From NCBI GenBank assembly GCA_964016885.1, contig OZ024759.1, forward strand, positions 17,856,001 through 17,920,000: DNA of 64,000 nucleotides. Direction: 5' to 3'. A program made the position numbers and the translations under genes. Each line of letters opens with the position of its first letter. Within the stretch, counting starts at the first letter, position 1. The notes below the pieces were generated by a model. It made no database searches. It worked only from the letters and a program-made list of their open reading frames with translations, and had not been told where the DNA came from. This document shows, piece after piece, positions 1 to 11,688 of this stretch. This DNA is from Eledone cirrhosa. Taxonomy: Eukaryota.

Positions 1-359
1 ATGAGGTCGTGGATAGGTTTGATTCTCTGACCAGACATTTAGAGTTGCATTGTGTCATTGAGCAAGTGCCTTCATTTCACTCATTCTACTGAAAATGAAT
101 ACTTGCAACAGCTGAGGGTAACACTGCAAACGACTGTTGTCTTATCATTGCATAACAAATCCCTTTTGACAACTATCTTTCTCCTTAGTCCTGTAAATCC
201 TAAGGGAGTCAAGAGGGTGCCATATTTACAAACGGTATTTCTAGCTCATTTTTTTACACCTGGTGAAGCCCATCTCCTCTCCAGGTCTGAATACAGCAGA
301 TTTCTTCCAGAGAAGGATAGAGAGTGAGAGAATGGAAGCAAGAAACAGATATAGAGGAA

Positions 360-500
360 GAATCAACCCAGTCTGCTATTTTTTGGATTGACCTCAAATG
401 GATGAAAGGCAAAGATGATCTCAGTGGGATTTAGGAGAGCGGAAACGAATACTGCAAAGCATTCTATCTGAGTTTCTAACAACTGCCAATTTGCTGCCAT
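360..500 (-). mobile_element. Decayed tRNA-derived SINE, Meta-domain-like family
   Basis: GGATGAAAGGCAAAGATGATCTCAGTGGGATT resembles the reverse complement of the family motif CCCGCCGAGGTTAACTTTGCCTTTCATCC seen in the young copies at 31850 and 61631. Confidence 0.55.
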
Positions 501-754
501 TTTGATAACTATGCAGCTCTTAAATATCTATTTTTCTTATTTAACCCTTTTTATTTTTTCTTCTATTTTGATTCATCCCTCTTTCAAAGGTGAAGCATTC
601 ATTTGGGTTTTTTTTAATGATCAGAATATATTCAGCTCACCTCACCTCACCACACCTGCATAAACATTCATGTCACCAATGTTGTCCAAGAGAAAAGCAA
701 GAATCAAACTCACATCTTCTTGATTGCAAGCCCAAGACTCTAACCACTAAGCCA

Positions 755-1177
755 TGCTTTTGATACCAGCCCGGCCAAAACCATCTCTGTGTTGATGAAT
801 GAAACCCCTCATTTCAAAGGGTTTTTACTTTAATTAAACCCTTGCAACTAATTTTATATTAGAACCATTTGTTAAATTATTATATTTGTAATGAAATAAT
901 TAATAATTTTTGTAAATTCCTTGAAAGTGTTTCATTACCACTTTTGAATCCAACCTGCTGAAAACTGCCTCTGTTTTTATGCAACAATACAATCCATTTT
1001 AACAGGTTTCTACAGAAATTAAAACCTTGCAACATGATTTTATTTCAGAACATTCTGTTCTGTTGCAAATATCATCTTAATGAAACTCAATTTTTCAAAA
1101 TCCTTCTGAAATTCTTCATTAATTAATTAAAATAGAAATGTTTAGAAGTAGTTAGAAATATGGCAGCGAAAAGGTTA
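755..1177. mobile_element. Decayed non-autonomous DNA element (TTTTGATACC... family) ending AAAAGGTTAA, internally duplicated
   Basis: Two degenerate units (about 758 and 941) share motifs with 13700-13925 and 21590-23000; the end resembles a TTAA-type terminus. Confidence 0.45.
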
Positions 1178-1304
1178 AATCAGTTGCTTTTGTTGGTTGA
1201 TGGAGATTTTGCTGTTATTCCTAGCTGGTTGTATGACCATGAAAAGGTCCTCTCATTGGCTCAAGCAAATTTTTTCATATTATATATGCTTGACAAATAT
1301 AGGA

Positions 1305-1512
1305 TGTTGGATTGGCAGGATTGGTAATGCATCGGACAAAATGCTTTGTAGTATTTAGTTAGCACTCATTATGTTTTGAGTTCAAATCTTGCTGAGGTTA
1401 ACTTTGCTTTTCATCATTCTGAGATTGATAATATAAAGCCCTAGTCAATCAGTGGAGTTGATCTAATCGGATTTCTCCCGCCCCTCCCCATAGATCGTCG
1501 ACCTACAAATGT
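1305..1512 (+). mobile_element. Meta-like tRNA SINE, decayed
   Basis: TTGGCAGGATTGGTA (A-box-like), GAGTTCAAATC (B box), GAGGTTAACTTTGCTTTTCATC. Confidence 0.65.
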
Positions 1513-1724
1513 TAGAAATCATTCTACGGGGCTTGGCTAAAGACTTCATAGGCTGACGAAGACTAATGTTTCTGGGTATCGAATTGCAAACGAATCGAAT
1601 GTTATTAATATTAAAAAAACTGTGATTACATTTATTGTATTCAGCCATGTAAAGCAAAATTTTCTTTTTTATTTGAATTTGGCAAAGCTGGCCATTTATC
1701 GCTCATTTACAGGAAACTGACTGG

Positions 1725-1826
1725 CCAGTCTGCTGATATGCAAATCTGGCTGATCAGTGGATCTGCTAATATGCAGATCTGACTGATCAGCCAGTCTGCT
1801 AATATGCAAATCAGGCCGATCAGTCA
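1725..1826 (+). repeat. 3 x 33-bp tandem repeat containing octamer ATGCAAAT
   Basis: Unit approximates AGTCTGCTAATATGCAAATCTGGCTGATCAGCC; ATGCAAAT at 1738-1745 and 1804-1811. Confidence 0.8.
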
Positions 1827-1879
1827 GTGTGTATTTTTGAAAATAGCATATATTTTCACTAGCTCTGACAGTTTGGTAG

Positions 1880-1945
1880 GTGAACAGTGAGCTGTACTGA
1901 TGAAGAGTGATACCCAGAAACATTAGTGTCTGCAGTTCTGTTCAC
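1880..1945 (+). ncRNA. Type I hammerhead ribozyme with extended bulged stem I
   Basis: GTGAACAG-tg-AGCTGTA / CTGATGA (1897-1903) / short stem II / GAAA (1917-1920) / stem III ACA-ttag-TGT / GUC cleavage at C1930 / TGCAGTT-CTGTTCAC pairs with the 5' strand. Confidence 0.8.
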
Positions 1946-2058
1946 ATGCCAACATAAGAGCAAGAATGAAATGTTCATTCTTCTGAATTGAGGCTTGTTT
2001 GCAAAATTGCAAACGAATAGAATGTTATTATCGATATTCGAAAAACTCAGATTACATT

Positions 2059-2088
<30 letters not shown>

Positions 2089-2089
<1 letters not shown>

Positions 2090-2280
2090 ACAAAGAAAGT
2101 GTGGTAAGGAACCAGGGGGACCATAACGCACCACAGTACTTGTTACTTAGAGTGGGTAATAGGAAAAGAGTCAGGACCCCGACTGCTGAGCTCCGTCCAT
2201 TTCGACACCTAGATCCAAACTCAGATTTAGGTGTCGAAACGGCTGGAGCTCAGCAGCCGGGGTCCTGACTCTTTTCCTAT
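2089..2280 (-). mobile_element. Fold-back PLE pLTR, family A (hairpin 2159-2280 plus tail), flanked by (TA)n
   Basis: ATAGGAAAAGAGTCAGGACCCCG...CGGGGTCCTGACTCTTTTCCTAT; tail homologous to the copies at 24795, 39546 and 61134. Confidence 0.75.
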
Positions 2281-2877
2281 ATATATATATAATAGGAATG
2301 TATATATATACACATATATGATATGTTTAAATATAAGAAACATACAAGAGTCTCGCTATGAAAGCTTTAGGCTGTGATCATGTCACACCTATCTTAGTAA
2401 CCAGTGACAATATCAAACAGCTGCTTTGGATTTTTATCTATTAGTGGTGACATTTACTCACTTGCTACTGTGGTAAGAATAAACTAAAGCTTATGTGTGT
2501 TTTTGTGAGAGCTACTGTCAATACATATATATATATATATATATAAGGATTAAAATACTGGAGCGTGTTGGAGTTAAACACCCTCTTCGTATTATAGAAA
2601 TGACAGTAAATCAAATGTATATATATATATATATATATATATGTACATTTGATTTTTCTATTAATGATTTATGATCTCTGCAGCCTGCATTCTAACCATC
2701 TACAACAGAATTGAATCTCCAACAGCTCGGAATATCCTCAGCCAATTTCAAATTACTGGTGTATCAAGGAAATTGGATAGCATCGAGCTTATTTTATCTT
2801 TACCAGGATCTAGATTGAAATATCCCAATATCATCATAAATATATATATATGTGTGTGTGTATATATATATATACAT

Positions 2878-3210
2878 GGCACATGGCTTAGTGGTTAGAG
2901 CATTGGCCTTGCAATCAAAAGGTTGTGAGTTCAATTCTCAGACCGGGTGATCTGTTGTTTCCTTGAGCAAGACACTTTATTTCACATTGCTCCAGTTTAC
3001 TCAGCTATAGAAATGAGATGATAGGACTGGGGTCCCTATCATTCCACTGCAAAGTGGTCGTGGAGGTGCCACAGCAAAAAGCACCCAGCACTCACTGCAA
3101 ATGAAGTTGCTGTTAGGAAGGGCATCCAGCTATAGAAATCAAGCCAGAATCAGTTCCCGTCCCACCCTTGAAAGCAGGGAAAAGCAGACGTAAAATGATG
3201 ATGATGATGA
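2878..3210 (+). mobile_element. Full-length CORE-type tRNA SINE with RTE-derived tail and (GAT)n end
   Basis: A box TGGCTTAGTGG, B box GTTCAATTC, CORE-like CCTTGAGCAAGACACTT...CAGTTTACTCAGCT, tail GGAAGGGCATCCAGCT...GACGTAAAATGATGAT. Confidence 0.85.
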
Positions 3211-3241
3211 TATATATATATATTTGGTAAATATTAACGGA

Positions 3242-3617
3242 ATTCAATTCAAGCACTCAACGTACTTTTTCCACATAGGAATGATGAAGTATATTTAGAA
3301 TAAGAAAATGCGAGGTAGTTCCAGATGTTAATGTCCTTTATTGATAAAGCTGTGATATACATTTCAATGACGGCAGTGGCCACGCGATCTGCGTACCCAG
3401 GGCCATGATGTCATCAGACACCATCCTACATAATGAGGTTACGTTCCCGAGGGAATCCAAATTGAAACGACCGGGGAACCTTATTATGTAAGGTGCTGCC
3501 AGATGAGATCATGGCACTGAATATGTGTAATCGCATGGCCACTCGTCATTAAAATATGTATCAGAACCTGATCAATAAAGGACTTTAACATCTGAAACTA
3601 TTTCGTATTTTCTTATT
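3242..3617. mobile_element. Diverged fold-back PLE pLTR (arms about 3299-3440 / 3477-3617)
   Basis: Imperfect inverted repeat ending in (TA)n; minus strand 3351-3420 reads TGT-CTGATGA...GAAA-TGTATA-TC-ACA followed by AATAAA. Confidence 0.65.
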
Positions 3618-3811
3618 ATATATATATGAAAGTCTTTAAAATTCCGTACTTTTTTTTCAAGCCTGATTCAGTTCCATATGAGCAAGACATGGTAACTTGA
3701 CCTTGCATTGCCCACAACAGGACAACCCATCGAGCATGGAAGAATTGACATAAAACGGTGATGATATATATATATATCATCGTCATATATATATATATAT
3801 ATATATATATC

Positions 3812-3910
3812 ATCATCATCATTGTTTAACATCTATCTTCCACACTTGCAAGGGTTAGACGGGAATTGTTCCACTTGAAGCAAGATTGGTCAGGTGATCA
3901 TGCCTCGCTC
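3812..3910 (-). mobile_element. RTE LINE 3' end fragment with (CAT)n tail
   Basis: Matches the 3' ends at 17017 and 47237 (TTTAAC.TC...TTCCAC.CTTGCA.GGGTT.GACGGG). Confidence 0.65.
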
Positions 3911-3958
3911 GTAATGTATATACATATATATATATTTATTAAAATAACAGATTAAAGT

Positions 3959-4291
3959 TTAGTGATCCATACATTTCTAAAGGAATAAAAACAATATACA
4001 TATGTATGTGTTTTTACGTGGATATATATAAACATATGAATATACATGTGACTGTGTGTGTGTATATATACATATATATATATATTTATGAAAAGATTCA
4101 GGACCCGACGGCTGAGCTATGGCCGTTGGGGTCCTGAATCTTTTCATATTATCCACTCTACTACCCCAAGTATCGAGTACTCTGGTGGGTTATGGTCAGT
4201 TTCAGAATATCCCGTTGAGGGTGAAAGCAGCGATTCTTTGCTTAAACTTAAATCTGTTATGTTAATAAATATTTGCTCAACGGTTTTTATA

Positions 4292-4335
<44 letters not shown>

Positions 4336-4936
4336 CCTTATCGAGCCCTCTTCAGATTTTAGTCTTCACATTTTTATTATGACTATATATGTGTGTGTGT
4401 GTGTGTGTATGTGTGTGTGTGTGCGCGCCAAATTCTATTCAAAAGACATTGAACAACCAAAGATTATAGTAGCAGAAGACACTTGTCCAATGTACTGCAG
4501 AAAATCAGGTGGTTGCTAAGTGATTTCCTTAACTACACACCTATGCATTGCATCTATTGTGCATTTGTATTATATGCTATACAGTTGTTGTTCAAATTGT
4601 ACGTTGGGTTTTATATTTAACATAAAACATTCCCTTTGTGATTTATTGAAAACAATAACTATCCCATATAGAACAATATTTATGATATACTGTGTTATTA
4701 TGTATTTATTACATTGTGTTTATATTTAGTAAATTTGATATTTATATTTATTAAACATATAATATAATTTTCCGTTTATATGCTTATTTTTTCTTGGGGG
4801 GGGGGGGGGATATACATTTATTGCTTCTGGTTCTTAAAGTCAATAATTTAATTGGATTTTTCCGGAGCATCCTGCTTCATCTTTAGCCCGGGAGTTATCA
4901 CCACCATTATTATTATTGTTGTTATTATTTTTATTA

Positions 4937-4968
<32 letters not shown>

Positions 4969-5068
4969 GTTGTTGTTATTTTAAACATTCAAACTTTCAA
5001 ACTTTCCCCTCTGGCTTTTGTTTGTAAAGTTTGGTAAACTAAAATACACACATATATTTATATAAAAT

Positions 5069-5107
<39 letters not shown>

Positions 5108-5406
5108 CCAAACAGGGTATATATACCAGGGTATATATACCAAACAGGGTATGGTAAAAACCAGCCAGACCATAACCCACCAGAGTACTCGATACTTGGG
5201 GTAGTAGAGTGGATAATATGAAAAGATTCAGGACCCCAACGGCCATAGCTCAGCCGTCGGGTCCTGAATCTTTTCATAAATATATATATATATGTATATA
5301 TACACACACACAGTCACATGTATATTCATATGTTTATATATATCTACGTAAAAACACATACATATGTATATTGTTTTTATTCCTTTAGAAATGTATGGAT
5401 CACTAA
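3959..5406. repeat. Near-perfect ~239-bp inverted duplication (3959-4197 vs 5168-5406) including a family-A mini-hairpin
   Basis: Direct reverse-complement comparison; ORFs 4058 (+) and 4981 (-) share the same N-terminal translation. Confidence 0.9.
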
Positions 5407-5889
5407 GTCTGTATAGCGATCTTGTAATTTTCTTAAAAGCAAACTGATGTAGGAGCTTAGTCAAGTCAAAACCTGAGGTATATTAGGAATTCTTTCAATA
5501 AACAAGAACAGCAGGATAGTAATACAGGAGGAGAGGGCAAATATGAACTATAAGAAGCTGCATTTTTTTTCTTTAATAATCATTATATACTTTCTCAGCA
5601 TTATGTACAGTTATACACATATGAATAACATATTTGTGTACTTGTAGGTTTCCATACTTGATTTTTAGAAATAGGTCTTCATCATTCTTCTTATTTTGAC
5701 TCCTTTTGTCCTTTCACTGAGGGAGTCTCTTGACATGCCGATAACCTCATGGTCACAGAGCACTTTAGCTGCATAGCAATGGGTGAAATTGCAGTTGGAA
5801 CTTTGAAGAAAAGCTAGGTATATTGTTTTCTATTTGCTCTTCACACGGAGCTCAGCCGTTGGGGTCCTGAATCTTTTCATATATATAAG

Positions 5890-5976
5890 TATGAGCAGCT
5901 GGTTACAGCTGGTTTGAACAGAAAGAGGTGAGAGAATTCTGGCCAGATATGGCTGGTTTAAATGGTAAAGGGTTAA
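5890..5976 (-). mobile_element. End of a TTAA-CCCTTT (piggyBac-like) MITE
   Basis: GAATTCTGGCCAGATATGGCTGGTTTAAATGGTAAAGGGTTAA is the reverse complement of the MITE start at 60010. Confidence 0.7.
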
Positions 5977-6074
5977 TATTACTGTTATATATAGTTTATA
6001 TTACTATTTTATGTAGCAGTGTAATATAATTTCAGCATGGTAATGTAGAATAAGATGTGGTGTTACAGTTCCTT

Positions 6075-6215
6075 TTTGTTTTGAGTTCAAATCCTGCTGA
6101 GGTCGACTTTTCTTTTGTCCCCCCCCCCAGGGTCAATAAAACAAAGAATCAGGTGTTTATTGGGGTCAATTTAATTGACATTAAAATTGCTGGCCTTGTG
6201 CCTAATTTAGAAACC
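6075..6215 (+). mobile_element. Meta-like SINE, partial
   Basis: GAGTTCAAATCCTGCTGAGGTCGACTTT...AATTGCTGGCCTTGTGCCTAATTTAGAAAC. Confidence 0.65.
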
Positions 6216-6398
6216 ACCATTACATATTTGTAGGGTTCTGTTGTATAGCAGAGCTGGAGATCATGTATACTCCTACATTACTCTGTTTATTGAAACATAT
6301 ATTGTCTTCTTGGGTGTGTGTATGTGTGTATATATTTGTGTATATGTATGTATATATATGTTTGTGTATGTGTATGTACTTATATATTTGTCTATGTA

Positions 6399-6445
<47 letters not shown>

Positions 6446-6944
6446 CTGTGTGCTCAGTCCATGTTTGTGTGTAGGACAGCTACTATGTGTTCTCCTTGCA
6501 TGTGTATGTCCATGTTTTTGTGTATGTGTGTGTGGCAAGGGCTAGTATGTGTTTTCCTTGCATATGTGTGTGTATGCCCATGTTTGTGTGTGTGTGGGTG
6601 GAGGTTTATATGCAGGTGAGTGTGAACACGCACACGTGTAAATGTGTAGTTTGTGTTACTACCACACCAAGTAGTTCCAATCAATCATGGTATTGGCTAT
6701 ATTCCAACAGTATATATATATATATAATTACCTAGGTGGGGGCTTATATGTGGAAACAGAACAGTAAACTGAGATGATGATTTATGAAATACCTTTACCT
6801 TCTATGATGGAACATCCATGGAACTTTCTAGAATGGAGAAGTTATTAACATCGCCTCTACAACAGTAATTTCATGAAACTCACCAACCCATTACATTATA
6901 TCCTTAACTAGCAGCTATGGTCTGTCTTCTATTACCTAGCTACC

Positions 6945-9000
6945 TCCCTAATGTCACACCTGCCTATCTACCTACCTACCTAATGTCACACCTGCCTACC
7001 TATCTACCTGCTTAATGTCATACTTTCCTCCCTACTTAATGTCACACTTGCTTACCTACCTACCTATCTAATGTCACACTTACCTGTCTATCTACTTACC
7101 TACCATCCTATCTACCTGCTTACCTACCACCCTATCTACCTGCTTAATGTCACTCTTACCTATCTACCTGCCTAATATCAGACCTGCCTACCTATCAATC
7201 TCTATATCTATCCATCTATCTACCTACCTGCCTACCTACATATCTATCTACCTACCTGCCCACCTACATATCAATCTACCTACCTACCTACATATCTATC
7301 TACCTACCTGCCTACCTACATATCTATCTACCTACCTGCCTACCTACATATCTTATCTACCTACCTGCCCACCTACATATCAATCTACCTACCTACCTAC
7401 ATATCTATCTACCTACCTGCCTACCTACATATCTATCTACCTACCTGCCTACCTACATATCTATCTACCTACCTGCCCACCTACATATCAATCTACCTAC
7501 CTACCTACATATCTATCTACCTACCTGCCTACCTACATATCTATCTACCTACCTGCCCACCTACATATCAATCTACCTACCTACCTACATATCTATCTAC
7601 CTACCTGCCTACCTACATATCTATCTACCTACCTGCCTACCTACATATCTATCTACCTACCTGCCCACCTACATATCAATCTACCTACCTACCTACATAT
7701 CTATCTACCTACCTGCCTACCTACATATCTATCTACCTACCTGCCTACCTACATATCTATCTACCTACCTGCCTACCTACATATCTATCTACCTACCTGC
7801 CCACCTACATATCTATCTACCTACCTGCCTACCTACATATCTATCTACCTACCTGCCTACCTACATATCTATCTACCTACCTGCCCACCTACATATCTAT
7901 CTACCTACCTGCCTACCTACATATCTATCTACCTACCTGCCTACCTACATATCTATCTACCTACCTGCCTACCTACATATCTATCTACCTACCTGCCTAC
8001 CTACATATCTATCTACCTACCTGCCTACCTACATATCTATCTACCTACCTGCCCACCTACATATCTATCTACCTACCTGCCTACCTACATATCTATCTAC
8101 CTACCTGCCTACCTACATATCTATCTACCTACCTGCCTACCTACATATCTATCTACCTACCTGCCTACCTACATATCTTATCTACCTACCTTTATTTTTT
8201 GTTATATTTTATTTTTATATATTGTTATTGCCTCCTCCCTATTGAGGACGCCTTGTTTTGTAAACTCCCCCCCCCATTGTACTTGTCCCACTTTTGATGC
8301 CCTGGTGGCAAATAAAAGAAACATATCTACCTATCTACCAACCTACCTACATGTCTACCTAATGTCATACCTGTCTACCTACCTACATATCTATCTACCT
8401 ACCTATCTACCTGCCTGTCTACCTACTTCCCTACCTATCTGTCAGACCTGCCTATCCCTTGTCACACTTGCCTACCCCCATACCCACCTACCTACCTACC
8501 CCCTACCTACTTACCGACCTATCTACCTCCCTACATACCCACATAGCTCCCTACCTACCAATCTACCTCCCTACCTACCCACATAGTTCCCTACCTACCT
8601 ATCTACCTCCCTACATGCCCACATAGCTCCCTACCTACTTATCTACCTCCCTACCTACCAATCTACCTATCTACCTCCCTACCTACCTATCTACCTCCCT
8701 ACCCACCCACATAACCTCCTACCTACCAATCTACCTCCCTACCTACCCACATAGCTCCCTACCTACCTATCTACCTCCCTACCTACCTATCTAGCTCCCT
8801 ACCCACCCACATTACTCCCTACCTACCAAGCTAACTCTCTACCTACCCACATAGCTCCCTACCTACCAATCTACCTGCCTACATACCAATCTACCTGCCT
8901 ACCTACCCACATAGCTCCCTACCTACCCACATAGCTCCCTACCTACCAATCTACCTCCCTACCTACCCACATAGCTCCCTATCTACCAATCTACATATCC
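6945..9000. repeat. (CTAC/CTAT)-based micro/minisatellite; ~28-bp unit ACATATCTATCTACCTACCTGCCTACCT in the central part
   Basis: Visible tandem periodicity; the 479-aa ORF is its translation. Confidence 0.9.
8190..8321 (+). mobile_element. Probable retroelement 3' end inserted in the CTAC array
   Basis: Non-repeat block ending CCCTGGTGGCAAATAAAAGAAA; similar ends in reverse at about 19000 and 30790 (TTTCTTTATTGGCCACAAGGG). Confidence 0.4.
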
Positions 9001-9219
9001 TCCTACCTTCCACCATCTTTAACTCCCTACATACTTCCTTCTCCCTTAACTACCTATCACCCCCCTCCTTCTCAACACGCCTCCCCCACCTCCCACCCTC
9101 CATACCATCATAAACTATCCCTATATGTATGTAACATGAATAATATAATCTATTGATTAAGTAAGATATAAAGTTATTAATACCAACATATTAAGGTATT
9201 GTCATATTGTCCACCTACT

Positions 9220-9422
9220 CTTGTTGTTGTTGTCGTTGTTGTTGTTGTCATCGTTGTTGTTGTCGTTGTTGTTGTCGTTATTGTCGTTGTTCTTGTCGTT
9301 GTTGTTGTTGTTGTCGTCGTTGTTGTTGTCGTTGTTGTTGTCGTTGTTGTTGTCGTTGTTGCTGTTGTCGTTGTTCTTGTCGTCGTTCTTCTTCTTCCCC
9401 TTCTTCTTCTTCTTCTTCTTAC

Positions 9423-9458
<36 letters not shown>

Positions 9459-9820
9459 TACTGGTAACATCTGAAGGAGACCCCAATTTTGAAAGTCACT
9501 CTGCAGTTAAATTCAATTATAGGATACAAGTTGAGGACATTATTTTCTTCTTTAGATATAAACACTCATACCTTACAACAACAACAACAACAACAACAAC
9601 AACGTTGCTACTGTTGTTGTCAGTAGCAACAACTATGCCAACAAGAACAACTACTATAACAATATTAACAGCTACCATAACAGCAGCAATAACTACAACA
9701 ATAACTACAAGAATAACTACAAGAACTGCAACAATAACAATAACAGCAACTCCAATAACAACAACAACAGCAGCTATTATAACAACTACAACAATAACAG
9801 CAACTACTATAACAACAACA
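9220..9820. repeat. Compound trinucleotide microsatellites (GTT/GTC, CTT, ATT; then AAC/AAT)
   Basis: Direct inspection. Confidence 0.9.
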
Positions 9821-10049
9821 AGGGCACACACCTCTGTAATATATATTAAACAGTGATATTTACTGCAAGAACTGTAATTTATTTACTGGAAATTACATTT
9901 CTGCTTATTAAATCATTGTTCCAAAGACATGGTTAATATTATAATAACCAGATATTATTCCTCATAGAAATTTAGGAGAATTAAAACATGTATAATTAAG
10001 AAAATATGGAGGCTAGTGATATAAGTTAAAGATGTTTAGTATAATAGTA

Positions 10050-10755
10050 GTGTACGGGAGCGGCAAAGCATAAACGAATTGAGAGAGTGACTAAGCATAA
10101 GAGGTTTCAAATGTTGTGTGCAGGAGAGGAGATTGCGTTGGTATGGACATGTGATGTGTATGAAGGACAATAGCTGTATAAAAGAGTGCAGGGCAACAAA
10201 AATTGATGGAAGCTATGGAGCGGGTAGACCCAGAAAAACTTGGGACAAGGTGATAACAACTGATCTTCCTCACTTACACCTCTCTAAGCCAATGTCACTA
10301 GATTGAGATCATTGGCGCTGTGCAGTTATACAGAAGACCTGCCTTCCCTTACATACGAACTTAAACCTACAATCAGTAGGCACCTCTTAACCGAATATAC
10401 ATCCCACCCGCAGCCCCCTCTCCATCCTCTCACTTACGTCCACACCACCCTTTCTCTGTAAAGTTATGTTGGTACCTCAGAATATCCAGTCTACACTAAA
10501 GCGGTTGTGTAGGTGTCATGACAAAAAGCACCCAGTCACACTGTAAAGTGGTCATGTAGGAGACATGGTAAAAAGACTCTCAGTCCACACTGTAAATGTG
10601 GTTGGCATTAGGAAGGGCATCCAGCCATAGAAAACCTGTCAGAAACAGTTCTATACAAGCGAGATATGGTCACCCGACCAATCTTGCCTCAAGTGGGACA
10701 AACCCATCCAACCCATCCTAATGTGGAAGATGGACATTAAATGTTGATGATGATA
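10050..10755 (+). mobile_element. RTE LINE family A, 5'-truncated 3' end, decayed
   Basis: ERRLRWYGHVM...GRPRKTW translation; 3' UTR with GGAAGGGCATCCAGCC and (GAT)n tail. Confidence 0.85.
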
Positions 10756-11413
10756 CAATGCATACATTCATATATACATCGCTATGTCAGAGCTCCAACA
10801 CAAATTTCTAATTGCTGCTAGGCCGGCAACTGCTATGAATGTTAATGAGTTTAAACAGCTCATAAACATAATTGTTATTCTTTAAGAATCCATCTTCTAC
10901 AGCTCACAGCGAAAACAGAAGTGATATATAGCCTTGATAACTGCTAAACAGTGAGAAACGATCGTCGGTTATTTCCCTTTGTTTTTGCTGAAGCTAGTCA
11001 TGTGACTATAGTCACTACATTAAATTCATAGTGAAAGGCCTTCAAAATGCTTTTAAATAAACATACAGTATATTATTAAATATACAATGCGTATATTCAT
11101 ATATACATCGCTATTTTAGAGCCTCAATACAAATTTTTAGTTATAAATAGTTTATGTTACTATTATATGTATAGTGATGTAATATTTTATCTGTGCAGTA
11201 TTAGTATAATATGGTCATTTATAGTGGTTGTGTTGGTGTCACAAACAAAGCACCCAAACCACACTGTAATGTGGTTGTGTAGGTGTCATGACACAAAGCA
11301 CCCAGTATTCATTGTTGGTGTTAGGAAGGGCGTCCTGCTGTAGAAACTGAGCCAAAATCAGTTCTGCATGAGCAAGACATAATCGCCTGAACTAGCATTG
11401 TCCGTGACAGAAC

Positions 11414-11447
<34 letters not shown>

Positions 11448-11453
<6 letters not shown>

Positions 11454-11550
11454 TAAAATAACAGATTAAACTTTAAGCAAAGAATCACTGCTTCCAGCCT
11501 TAACGGGATCTTCTGAAACTCTTTGGATTTTAGTCTTCAAATTTATTATT
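11448..11550. mobile_element. TA-flanked repeat fragment (family Y), homologous to 3936-3961, 4198-4270 and 4350-4385
   Basis: TTTATTAAAATAACAGATTAAA...AAGCAAAGAATC.CTGCTT...TTCTGAAACT shared between loci. Confidence 0.6.
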
Positions 11551-11610
11551 ATTACTATATATATATATATATATGTGTGTGTTTGTGTGTATATATATAC
11601 AAATATATAT

Positions 11611-11675
<65 letters not shown>

Positions 11676-11688
11676 TGATATATATAAC

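Larger units (their letters stand above)
1562..2063 (+). mobile_element. Penelope-like pLTR remnant with hammerhead
   Basis: 1562-1580 is the reverse complement of 1909-1927; about 1582-1640 is directly repeated at about 2005-2063; contains a hammerhead; ends in (TA)n. Confidence 0.55.

Noticed and set aside
2878-2945. tRNA gene
   Set aside because: A/B boxes belong to a SINE head continuing into the CORE domain; no complete cloverleaf seen
5650-5820. Possible + strand exon(s) in unique sequence (also 4445-4508 and 28381 onward)
   Set aside because: ATG-initiated frames stop early or splice signals are weak; no recognisable protein
7147-8586. 479-aa ORF (YLPTYLST repeats)
   Set aside because: Translation of a CTAC/CTAT satellite; no domain or splice evidence
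9471-9572. Possible ~100-nt minus-strand intron (GTATGA...TTCAG) between microsatellite blocks
   Set aside because: Flanking 'exons' are pure trinucleotide repeats that reach stops quickly; likely chance
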